DNA of 28,919 bases. Origin: an uncultured Ruminococcus sp. GTDB taxonomy: Bacteria; Bacillota; Clostridia; Oscillospirales; Ruminococcaceae. The position numbers and the translations under genes are program-made. The notes under the pieces were generated by a model. It was not told the origin of the DNA, searched no databases, and was given only the letters and a program-made list of their open reading frames with translations. This document shows positions 8,106 to 15,991 of this stretch, in pieces. The stretch spans positions 1 to 28,919 of the forward strand of contig CACYSH010000043.1 in assembly GCA_902776945.1 (NCBI GenBank), in the 5' to 3' direction. Positions within the stretch are counted from its first letter, which is position 1; every line of letters begins with the position of its first letter.

Positions 8106-8942
8106 ATGATGTTTGGCGACAAAAAAGTGCTTGCGCGTCTTGATAAAATGCTGGAGGACGGCATTAACGGCACGTTTGAGGAATCGGATTACGACGAAAC
8201 GCAGCTCTCAAAGCTGGAATCCAAATGGCTTCGGTATCTCACATCGTCGAAGATGTCTGCACAGAAAACCGAACAGGAACGTCAAAAGCTCAAAGAACTG
8301 GTCTCGGATATATCCCACCAGACAAAGACTCCTCTCTCGAATATCCTGCTGTATACGCAGCTTTTGCAGGAACAACCGCTTGATGAACAAAGCCTTGTGC
8401 TTGCCGACGAGATACGGGCGCAGGCGGAAAAGCTCGAATTTCTGATACAGTCGCTCGTCAAGACCTCGCGGCTTGAAACGGGAACTTTTCAGCTTGCACC
8501 GTCGGAAAATAACGTTGATGATATAATAAATTCGGCACTTGAACAGATCGCACTAAAAGCGGAAAGCAAGCATATCAGGCTTGTATATATCCGTGAAAAC
8601 TATATGGCAAAATTTGACAGCAAGTGGACGCAGGAGGCTATTTTCAATATCCTTGACAATGCCGTGAAATATTCGCCCGAGCAAAGCACTGTTACTGTTA
8701 TCGTGCAGATATTTGAGATGTTCGCCTGTATATCGGTAGAGGATAGCGGTATCGGTATTGCAGAGGACGAACTGCCGCATATTTTCGGGCGTTTTTACAG
8801 AGGACAGAACGTCCGTGAGCAAAGCGGCGTGGGTATCGGGCTGTATCTCAGCAGGCAGATCGTTGAAGGGCAGGGAGGTTATATCGTGGCGGAATCGGGA
8901 ATCGGAAAAGGCTCGGTGTTCAAAATATTTCTGCCGAGATGA
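8106..8942 (+). CDS. Histidine kinase (278 aa) with no transmembrane or sensor domain
   Basis: Motifs are H-box DISHQTKTPLSNI, N-box NILDNAVKYSP, G1 VEDSGIGI and G2 GVGIGL. The first ~65 residues are hydrophilic with no hydrophobic stretch. The ATG directly follows the regulator's TAA. Confidence 0.85.
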   Translation: MMFGDKKVLARLDKMLEDGINGTFEESDYDETQLSKLESKWLRYLTSSKMSAQKTEQERQKLKELVSDISHQTKTPLSNILLYTQLLQEQPLDEQSLVLADEIRAQAEKLEFLIQSLVKTSRLETGTFQLAPSENNVDDIINSALEQIALKAESKHIRLVYIRENYMAKFDSKWTQEAIFNILDNAVKYSPEQSTVTVIVQIFEMFACISVEDSGIGIAEDELPHIFGRFYRGQNVREQSGVGIGLYLSRQIVEGQGGYIVAESGIGKGSVFKIFLPR

Positions 8943-8960
8943 ATTATGTCAAAACTGTTA

Positions 8961-8999
8961 GATTTCAGACAGATTCTCGTAAGGATCGTTTGTTACAAT
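8961..8999 (+). promoter_or_regulatory. Candidate regulator-dependent promoter for the ABC genes
   Basis: Extended -10 TGTTACAAT lies at 8991-8999 with no good -35. Direct repeats GATTTC (8961), GATTCT (8972) and GATCGT (8984) are spaced 11-12 bp, which is typical geometry for OmpR-family sites. Confidence 0.35.
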
Positions 9000-9000
9000 A

Positions 9001-9031
9001 AATGCAGTGAAAGAAATTCACTGCATTTTTT
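9001..9031 (+). terminator. Rho-independent terminator between the kinase and ABC genes
   Basis: AATGCAGTGAA (9001-9011) pairs perfectly with TTCACTGCATT (9017-9027). A T-run extends through 9031. Confidence 0.7.
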
Positions 9032-9045
9032 GTGAGGTGAGATAA

Positions 9046-9729
9046 ATGGAAGTATTGAAAACGGAAGAACTTACCAAGATATACGGAAAGGAGCAGAACA
9101 AAGTCACGGCGCTCGATAACGCAAACCTTGTCGTAAAACAGGGCGAATTTGCGGCGATTGTCGGAACATCGGGCAGCGGCAAATCAACGCTCCTGCATAT
9201 GCTCGGCGGACTGGACAGACCCACCTCCGGCAAGGTGTATGTGGAAAACAAGGACATTTTTTCTTTAAAGGACGAAGCGCTAACCATATTCCGCAGACGG
9301 AAGATAGGTTTTGTGTTCCAGTCGTTCAACCTTGTGCCGACGCTTAATGTGTACGAAAATATCGTGTTTCCGATACAGCTTGACGGAAACAACGTGGACG
9401 AGAAATTCGTGGGCGAGGTCATAGATATTCTCGGGCTTTCCGATATGCAGAGCCGTCTGCCGAATCAGCTTTCGGGCGGTCAGCAGCAGCGCGTGGCAAT
9501 TGCAAGAGCCTTAGCCGCCAAGCCTGCGATAGTCCTTGCGGACGAACCGACGGGCAACCTTGACAGCAAGACCTCGCAGGACGTTTTGAGCCTGCTTAAA
9601 GTCACGGGGCAGAAGTTCGGTCAAACTATCGTGATGATTACCCACAACGAAGCCATTGCGCAAATGGCAGACCGCATTATCCGCATCGAGGACGGACATA
9701 TCGTAAAGGGCGGTGAACCTAATGAATAA
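9046..9729 (+). CDS. ABC transporter ATP-binding protein (MacB/FtsE-like)
   Basis: Walker A is GTSGSGKST, the signature is [15 protein letters not shown] and Walker B is [23 protein letters not shown] precedes the ATG. Confidence 0.9.
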   Translation: MEVLKTEELTKIYGKEQNKVTALDNANLVVKQGEFAAIVGTSGSGKSTLLHMLGGLDRPTSGKVYVENKDIFSLKDEALTIFRRRKIGFVFQSFNLVPTLNVYENIVFPIQLDGNNVDEKFVGEVIDILGLSDMQSRLPNQLSGGQQQRVAIARALAAKPAIVLADEPTGNLDSKTSQDVLSLLKVTGQKFGQTIVMITHNEAIAQMADRIIRIEDGHIVKGGEPNE

Positions 9730-12256
9730 GGTAAAAAACAAAAAGGCGATTCGCCGCCTTGCGTTCCGCGAGCTGAAAGCCGACCGCAGAATGAATATCG
9801 TTGTGGTGCTTTCGATCATGCTGACCTGCATACTGTTCACGGCGCTGACCACGATAGGCGGCGGCATGATGAACGGTATGCAGCAGGAGACAATGCGTCA
9901 GGTCGGCGGCAACAGAATGGCGGGCATCAAGTTAGTTCTGCCCGAGGACTATGAAAAGGTAAAGCACGACGCCGCGACAAAGGATCTTGTCTATCGTATC
10001 ATCATCGGCAACGCGGTGAACACCGAGCTTAAAAATGTCAAAGCCGAGTTCAACTGCGCGGGCGACGATGACGCCGCAAAAGCTTCGTTCTGCTATCCTT
10101 CCGTCGGCAGACTGCCCGAAAGCATCAATGAGACAGCGCTCAGCACGGTCGTTCTCGACGAATTGCAGCTGCCGCATGAGATCGGCACGCCCGTACACAT
10201 CAGTCTTGACATTGACGGCGTTGTTACGGAGCATGATCTTACCCTGTGCGGCTACTGGGAAGGTGACAAGGTGGCGATGGCACAGATGTGCTGGCTTTCG
10301 CGGGCTTTTGCCGATAAATACGCGCCTACCCCTTCGGAAAGCTTTTACACTCGGGAACACTGTACTTATGCCGGGTACTGGCAGGTGGATTTTAATTATT
10401 TCAACAGCTGGAACATCACGGGAAAGACAGGGGCGCTTCTTTCAAGGCTTTACGGCGATAATACATCGGAATATCCCGATACGGGCATAAACTGGGCGTT
10501 CTCGGCAAGCGACGTGGAGCCGGGCAGCATTGTGGGCGCTATCGTTATACTGCTTGTTATATTTGCGGCGGGTTATTTGATAATCTACAATATTTTCCAT
10601 ATCAATATCTCGTCGAATATCCGCAGCTACGGGCTTTTAAAAACGATCGGCACCACGGCAAAGCAGATAAGGCATATGGTAAGAGTGCGTGCGGCGGTGT
10701 ATTCGGCGTTCGGCATACCGTTCGGTATCGTCATCGGCGTTTTGTTAAGCAGGCTGATGATGAGTTCGATAGTAAACATTCTGAACATACACTCGGCGGA
10801 AAGCTATTCCGTAAGTGCCGAGCTGCTCGTTCCGATGTGCCTTATTTCGGCGGCGTTTACTTTCGTGACAGTTATGATAAGCTGCCGCAAGCCCTGCAAG
10901 ATCGCGGGCAGCGTTTCACCCATTGAAGCGCTAAGATACAACGAAACGGATATAAATATAAAGAAAGACAGAAAAAAGACAAACAAAGTCACCACTTTCT
11001 CGATAGCGCTGAGCAATATGTCGCGCAGCAGAAAAAAGACCGTCGTTGTGGTTCTTTCGCTGACGCTGAGTCTGGTGCTTGTCAACACGCTTTTCACGGT
11101 GCTGAAAGGCATTGACAAAGATAAATACATCAGAGATTCTATCGTCGGCGATGCGATGATCCGCCATACCGATAATACCAACCTGATGGACGATCGCATA
11201 AATGGCGTTACTACCGAAGCGATAGCCGACCTGCAACAGATAGAAGGCGCGGAAACTCACCCGATATACTTTACTTACGGCGGCGTTTGCCCCGAAGGCG
11301 AACAGCTCGAACAGCTGAAAAAGCTTTATGAAAAGTACGGCAGCGATGAGGTCTTGTCAGCGCATCTTGAAGGAGCTGTCTCGGGCAGCTATACAGCGGA
11401 TGTTTACGGCATCGACGAGGATACCGCCGCATATTTCGAGCCTGTCGAGGGCAGCATCGACGCCGAAAAGCTCAAATCGGGAAAATACGCGATCGTGCAT
11501 ACCTATCTTTGGAACGCGGACGGCGACAGCGATGTCGAGATATATCACGTCGGTGATACGATAAAAGTGGAATGTGGAGACAAAATGCGCGAATACGAGG
11601 TAATGGCGGTGAGCATTATTCCCTATCCGCTTTCCACAAAGGTTTACAGCATTTTGGAAACGAACGTGATCGTCAGCGCCGAGGAATATCTTTCGCTGAC
11701 CGATAAGCCGGCTGCTACTTGTGCGATGATAAGCACCTCCGACGAAAGCGGTCGGGTAAAGGAGCAGCTGAAAGCATACTGCGACCGTCAGGGCTCTCCG
11801 TTAGTCTACACCGACAAGCAGACCTATCTTGACGAATTCAACGATCTTCTCGTAATGGTAAAGCTGGTAGGCGGCACGCTTTCGGGAATACTTGCGCTGA
11901 TCGGAATACTCAACTTTATCAACGCCGTGGTGACAGGCATACTTTCCCGCCGCCGCGAGCTTGCGATGATGAACGCCGTCGGCATGACAGGCGGTCAGCT
12001 GAAAAAAATGCTGATGTGGGAGAGCGTTCACTATGCCGTGCTGACGGCGGTATGTGCGGCGGCTGTCGGAGCGTTACTCAGCCGTACAGCGGTACGAAGC
12101 GCGACGGGAGATATGTTCTTTTTCAGCTATCATTTCACTCTGCTGCCTATTATGGTCTGTGTTCCTGTGTTGATTTTGCTTTCGGCGGTGATACCGTCTG
12201 TTGCGTATAGAGCGATCTGTAATGAAAGTGTTGTGGAGAGACTTAGGGAAAACTGA
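9722..12256 (+). CDS. ABC transporter permease with two fused FtsX/MacB-type halves (~845 aa)
   Basis: Each half has one TM helix, a ~220-250 aa hydrophilic (extracytoplasmic) domain and then three TM helices. Examples are IVVVLSIMLTCILFTALTTIGGG, GSIVGAIVILLVIFAAGYLIIY, VVVVLSLTLSLVLVNTLF and LVGGTLSGILALIGILNFINAVV. ATG 9722 overlaps the ATPase stop. The ORF track starts at GTG 9713. Confidence 0.85.
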   Translation: MNKVKNKKAIRRLAFRELKADRRMNIVVVLSIMLTCILFTALTTIGGGMMNGMQQETMRQVGGNRMAGIKLVLPEDYEKVKHDAATKDLVYRIIIGNAVNTELKNVKAEFNCAGDDDAAKASFCYPSVGRLPESINETALSTVVLDELQLPHEIGTPVHISLDIDGVVTEHDLTLCGYWEGDKVAMAQMCWLSRAFADKYAPTPSESFYTREHCTYAGYWQVDFNYFNSWNITGKTGALLSRLYGDNTSEYPDTGINWAFSASDVEPGSIVGAIVILLVIFAAGYLIIYNIFHINISSNIRSYGLLKTIGTTAKQIRHMVRVRAAVYSAFGIPFGIVIGVLLSRLMMSSIVNILNIHSAESYSVSAELLVPMCLISAAFTFVTVMISCRKPCKIAGSVSPIEALRYNETDINIKKDRKKTNKVTTFSIALSNMSRSRKKTVVVVLSLTLSLVLVNTLFTVLKGIDKDKYIRDSIVGDAMIRHTDNTNLMDDRINGVTTEAIADLQQIEGAETHPIYFTYGGVCPEGEQLEQLKKLYEKYGSDEVLSAHLEGAVSGSYTADVYGIDEDTAAYFEPVEGSIDAEKLKSGKYAIVHTYLWNADGDSDVEIYHVGDTIKVECGDKMREYEVMAVSIIPYPLSTKVYSILETNVIVSAEEYLSLTDKPAATCAMISTSDESGRVKEQLKAYCDRQGSPLVYTDKQTYLDEFNDLLVMVKLVGGTLSGILALIGILNFINAVVTGILSRRRELAMMNAVGMTGGQLKKMLMWESVHYAVLTAVCAAAVGALLSRTAVRSATGDMFFFSYHFTLLPIMVCVPVLILLSAVIPSVAYRAICNESVVERLREN

Positions 12257-12627
12257 AAGTGCGAAGTAAGGTCAGACACGGGATCCAGCGCCGCAGGCGC
12301 AATCAATCAAAGCTAACGGCAAATGCAAATCTCCTATAACTGAGCAGCACCGTCAACTTGCACAAAACCTGACTATCACAAGGCTTGCCCCCCGCCGTCC
12401 TCGTGAAAAGGCTTTATCTAACGATGATTATTTATGCAATTTGACAAAACACACTCATTTATAGCTCCAAAAATACGCAGAGATGAGCGTTTAAAATCAA
12501 AATCGGCAATTTCAAGAAAGACTAATAAAAACAGGCAAAGCGATAAAATCAGCAAAACGTGACGGAAACAAAGAAATTGCCGATTTTAATTTGCAAAAGA
12601 GCGAAGCGATTTTCGCAAAGAAGCTGT

Positions 12628-12666
12628 GCGGTTCTGCATTCTCTTACCGGAGCAGAACCGCATTTT
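12628..12666 (+). terminator. Rho-independent-type terminator, probably ending the ABC operon
   Basis: GCGGTTCTGC (12628-12637) pairs perfectly with GCAGAACCGC (12652-12661), followed by ATTTTG. Confidence 0.55.
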
Positions 12667-12713
12667 GCACAAATGAACTCAGTTACAAAAGCTCTTAAAA
12701 TCCTTGAAAATCA

Positions 12714-12742
12714 TTGACATTTCTGACGGTATTTGATATAAT
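12714..12742 (+). promoter_or_regulatory. Consensus housekeeping-sigma promoter facing the MoxR/VWA genes
   Basis: TTGACA lies at 12714-12719, then an exact 17-nt spacer, then TATAAT at 12737-12742. The -10 is bracketed by a perfect 8-bp inverted repeat, TTTCTGAC (12720-12727) and GTCAGAAA (12747-12754). Confidence 0.65.
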
Positions 12743-13079
12743 ATTTGTCAGAAACTATAAACGAGCGATTTTGGTTAATTGTACAGAATGCGGTTCATCT
12801 TTGCGAAAATCGGCAATTTACTTGTTTTTGTCGTGTTCTGCTGATTTCTTTGATTGTGGTTTTTTGTGGGCTTTTTCTTGAAATTGCCGATTTTAATTTT
12901 GACCGTTCAATTCTGCGTATAATATAGTTTTGCTTTGTCGTGGGCTTTGCTTTGTTGCGCCTGCGGCGCAAATGGGACTTTGCTCCTTGCATGAACGCTT
13001 TAGCGTTCATGCAAACCCCTCGCCAGCGCACGGGCGCTGGATCCCGTGTCTGCCAAACTTTGCGTTTTTCGGAGGTCTT

Positions 13080-14144
13080 ATGAATTTATCATTTACAGTT
13101 ACACAAAGTGAATTATCTGATCTGCTGCTTAATCTTTCGCCGTCACGCCCCGTTTTTATATGGGGAGCGCCGGGCATCGGCAAATCCGCTCTTGTACAGA
13201 AATTTGCCGACGATGTGGGAATGCCTTGCGTTTCACTGCTCGGCAGCCAGCTCGCGCCGGAGGATATTATCGGCATACCGCAGATAAGCGGCGACACATC
13301 GCGGTTCGTGCCGCCCAAAATGATAGCCCGCAAAGAGCCTTATGTGCTGTTTCTCGACGAGCTTAACGCCTGCTCGCAGGAGGTACAGAAAGCGTTTTAC
13401 AGCCTTATCCACGAAAAGCGTATAGGCGAATATCATCTTCCGAAGGGGAGCGTCGTTATCGGCGCGGGCAACCGTTCGCAGGACAGCGCTATCGTGAAAA
13501 CTATGTCCTCTGCGCTGATAAACCGAATGTTTCATGTTCAGCTTGTCGCCGACCCTCAGCAATGGCTTGACTGGGCTTATGACAACGACTTGCACCCGTG
13601 GGTGATCGACTACATAACTCAGCGCCCCGATCATCTTTTTTCCGAACCGCCAAAAACCGAAGAACCGTATTCCACACCGCGTTCGTGGCATATGCTCAGT
13701 GACGCGCTCAAAGAATACGGCGCGGGCGAAAGGGAAGTCCCCGAGAATATTCTGCGCGTGCTTGCTTACGGTTCGGTTTCATCGGGTCATGCGGGAATGT
13801 TTCTTGCCTTCGTGAAAAATGCCGGGAATAAATATCTGCTTAATCAGATAATCAAGGGCGACGCAAGATTTCCCTCCGACCCGAAGGACAGAGATGTGCT
13901 TTACTTTGTGTCGCAGAGCTTTCGCGCAAAGCTGCTTATGGAGCTGCCCGACGACAAGCAGAAAATGGATAAAAGTACGCAGTTTCTCACTCACCGTGCA
14001 AAGGCGCTTATCAAAGACCTGTCTCATATCAGCCTTGAACTGGCGCAAATGGTCGTTTCCTCCGATGACGGAAAGGTTCTGCCCGAATGGTTCATGGTCG
14101 AGATTGTCCGCGATCTGCCGAGACTGATAAAGAATGATAAATAA
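13080..14144 (+). CDS. MoxR/AAA_5-type AAA+ ATPase (354 aa)
   Basis: Walker A is WGAPGIGKS, Walker B is VLFLDELN, sensor-1 is VVIGAGN and the sensor-2-like block is SSALINRMF. GGAGG at 13071-13075 precedes ATG 13080. The longer ORF-track start (12930) lies inside the repeat element. Confidence 0.85.
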   Translation: MNLSFTVTQSELSDLLLNLSPSRPVFIWGAPGIGKSALVQKFADDVGMPCVSLLGSQLAPEDIIGIPQISGDTSRFVPPKMIARKEPYVLFLDELNACSQEVQKAFYSLIHEKRIGEYHLPKGSVVIGAGNRSQDSAIVKTMSSALINRMFHVQLVADPQQWLDWAYDNDLHPWVIDYITQRPDHLFSEPPKTEEPYSTPRSWHMLSDALKEYGAGEREVPENILRVLAYGSVSSGHAGMFLAFVKNAGNKYLLNQIIKGDARFPSDPKDRDVLYFVSQSFRAKLLMELPDDKQKMDKSTQFLTHRAKALIKDLSHISLELAQMVVSSDDGKVLPEWFMVEIVRDLPRLIKNDK

Positions 14145-14146
14145 CT

Positions 14147-15991
14147 ATGGCAAAGACAAAAAAAGAAAACAAGATCACCCCGAACGAAAAGCAGGTTCTC
14201 AACGGAATAGCTCATATAAATATGCACCCTCTTTTCGGGAAGCTCGGTATACGAACCGAACTGGTTGAAAAAAGCCGTCTGGGGAAGAATATTCCTGCGA
14301 AGGTATCCTCGTCGGGTATCGTTTATCTCAACAAAGACTGCGACAAGCAGCCGAAGGAATGGGCTTATATTATCGCACATTGTATGCTGCACCTTTCGTT
14401 CGGGCATTTCGACGCGGAGCGTATGCCGGGTTACTGGCAGCAGATAACCGAAAAGCAGAGGAAGTGGGTAAATAAATACGACCCTGATATTTGGAATATC
14501 GCCTGTGATATTTTCATAGCGCGGTTTCTTGCAGACATAAAATTCGGCAAAAGCGACATAGACACGACACAGCTTGCGGTTTACGGTTCTTCATCGAACG
14601 AGCTGAAAATATATGAGTATCTGGTCAATAACCATTCTCCCGTAAAATTTGATACCTTCGGGACGGCGGGCGAATTTCCCGACATGATAGGTACGGATTC
14701 GCCGCTTACATATCATTATGGTAAAAACAGGCATATCATCGACTTTGCTTATGCTCTTGCAGATTCCGTCCGTTCGGTCATTGACAGCGCGGGAGATAAG
14801 CCAAAGGGTCACAGCGATAAAAAATCGGTAATGCAAAAAGCAGCCGACTGGTTCATAAACCATTATCCGCTGCTCGGAGGACTTGCCACAGGTTTTGAGG
14901 TCATTGAAACGATCGGCAGAGCCGATCTGAACGACATTGAGGTAGCTGCCGTTGATGTTACAGTCGGCGAGATCTATGTGAATCCCGCCGCAGGGCTTAG
15001 TCTGGAAGAGTGGAAATTTGTTCTTGCTCATGAATATCTTCACGCGGGCTTGCAGCACCACGCAAGGCGCAAGGGACGAGACCCGTATCTTTGGAATATT
15101 GCCTGCGATTTCGTTATAAACGGCTGGCTTCACGAAATGCAGATAGGGATAATGCCGCAGAACGGGCTTATGTACGACGAAACGCTCAAAAATAAGTCGG
15201 CGGAAGAAATATATGATGTTTTGACCGATAATATCAGAAAAAACTCAAAGCTCGGCACTTTCAGAGGGTACGGAAAAGGCGATATTATCGACAAAGGCTG
15301 GTCGCCCGATATGGATAAGCCTACCTCGCTTGACGATTTCTGCAAAAGCGCTTTGCGGAACGGTCTTGAGTATCACACCTCGACAAACAGAGGATTTATA
15401 CCCGCCGGGCTTATCGAGGAAATAAAAGCGCTTTCCATGCCGCCCGTTCCCTGGGACGTTGAGCTTGCCAAATGGTTCGATACATGGTTCACGCCTATTG
15501 AAAAGCGCCGCACCTACGCCCGACCGAGCAGGCGGCAAAGCAGTACGCCCGATATACCCCGCCCGAGCTGGGTGCGCCCCGAGCTGCCCGAGTACAGCCG
15601 CACTTACGCGGTAATTATTGACACATCGGGTTCGATGTCGCCCGAGATGATCGGCAAAGCGCTGGGCGCTGCGGCAAGCTATTCGGTCGCAAAAGATGTT
15701 CCGTTCGTCAGAGTGGTTTTCTGCGACGCGCAGGCTTACGACATAGGCTACATTGCGCCGGAGGATATTGCGGGGCGTGTAATGGTCAAGGGCAGGGGAG
15801 GCACAGTATTGCAGCCGGCTGTCGATCTGCTTGAAAACGCGAAAGACCTTCCGAAAGACGCTCCCATACTCATAATCACCGACGCGGGGATAGAGCATGA
15901 CCTTAAAGTGCATCATGAACACGCTTTTCTCATTCCCGAAGGCGCAAGGCTCCCGTTCCGTTCGGGAGGAAAGGTGTTTTACTTCAAGTGA
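14147..15991 (+). CDS. Fusion protein: two tandem DUF2201_N-like putative zincin peptidase modules (the first degenerate) plus a C-terminal VWA-like domain (614 aa)
   Basis: Module 1 has IIAHCMLHLSFGH...DIWNIACDIFIARFL. Module 2 has VLAHEYLHAGLQHH...YLWNIACDFVINGWL (HExxH). The C-terminus has YAVIIDTSGSMS (a DxSxS MIDAS-like motif). The ATG is 2 nt after the ATPase stop. Confidence 0.8.
   Translation: MAKTKKENKITPNEKQVLNGIAHINMHPLFGKLGIRTELVEKSRLGKNIPAKVSSSGIVYLNKDCDKQPKEWAYIIAHCMLHLSFGHFDAERMPGYWQQITEKQRKWVNKYDPDIWNIACDIFIARFLADIKFGKSDIDTTQLAVYGSSSNELKIYEYLVNNHSPVKFDTFGTAGEFPDMIGTDSPLTYHYGKNRHIIDFAYALADSVRSVIDSAGDKPKGHSDKKSVMQKAADWFINHYPLLGGLATGFEVIETIGRADLNDIEVAAVDVTVGEIYVNPAAGLSLEEWKFVLAHEYLHAGLQHHARRKGRDPYLWNIACDFVINGWLHEMQIGIMPQNGLMYDETLKNKSAEEIYDVLTDNIRKNSKLGTFRGYGKGDIIDKGWSPDMDKPTSLDDFCKSALRNGLEYHTSTNRGFIPAGLIEEIKALSMPPVPWDVELAKWFDTWFTPIEKRRTYARPSRRQSSTPDIPRPSWVRPELPEYSRTYAVIIDTSGSMSPEMIGKALGAAASYSVAKDVPFVRVVFCDAQAYDIGYIAPEDIAGRVMVKGRGGTVLQPAVDLLENAKDLPKDAPILIITDAGIEHDLKVHHEHAFLIPEGARLPFRSGGKVFYFK

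Larger units (their letters stand above)
12273..13052. repeat. Composite element: two head-to-head copies (B on +, C on -) of the mosaic repeat, bounded by perfect 20-bp inverted repeats
   Basis: CAGACACGGGATCCAGCGCC at 12273-12292 is the exact reverse complement of 13033-13052. Inside, the arm pair AAAATCGGCAATT/AATTGCCGATTTT occurs at 12499-12511/12575-12587 and again at 12806-12818/12882-12894. TTTCTTGAAATTGCCGATTTT (12874-12894) is the reverse complement of 12499-12519. Confidence 0.8.

Noticed and set aside
12499-12894. Recurring AAAATCGGCAATT motifs as a possible CRISPR array
   Set aside because: The motifs occur as inverted pairs, not direct repeats. Their spacing is irregular, they are scattered over 25 kb, and there are no cas genes.
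12930-13079. Upstream extension of the ATPase ORF (ORF-track start at 12930)
   Set aside because: The extension is translated repeat-element sequence, including the terminal inverted repeat. GGAGG at 13071-13075 supports ATG 13080.
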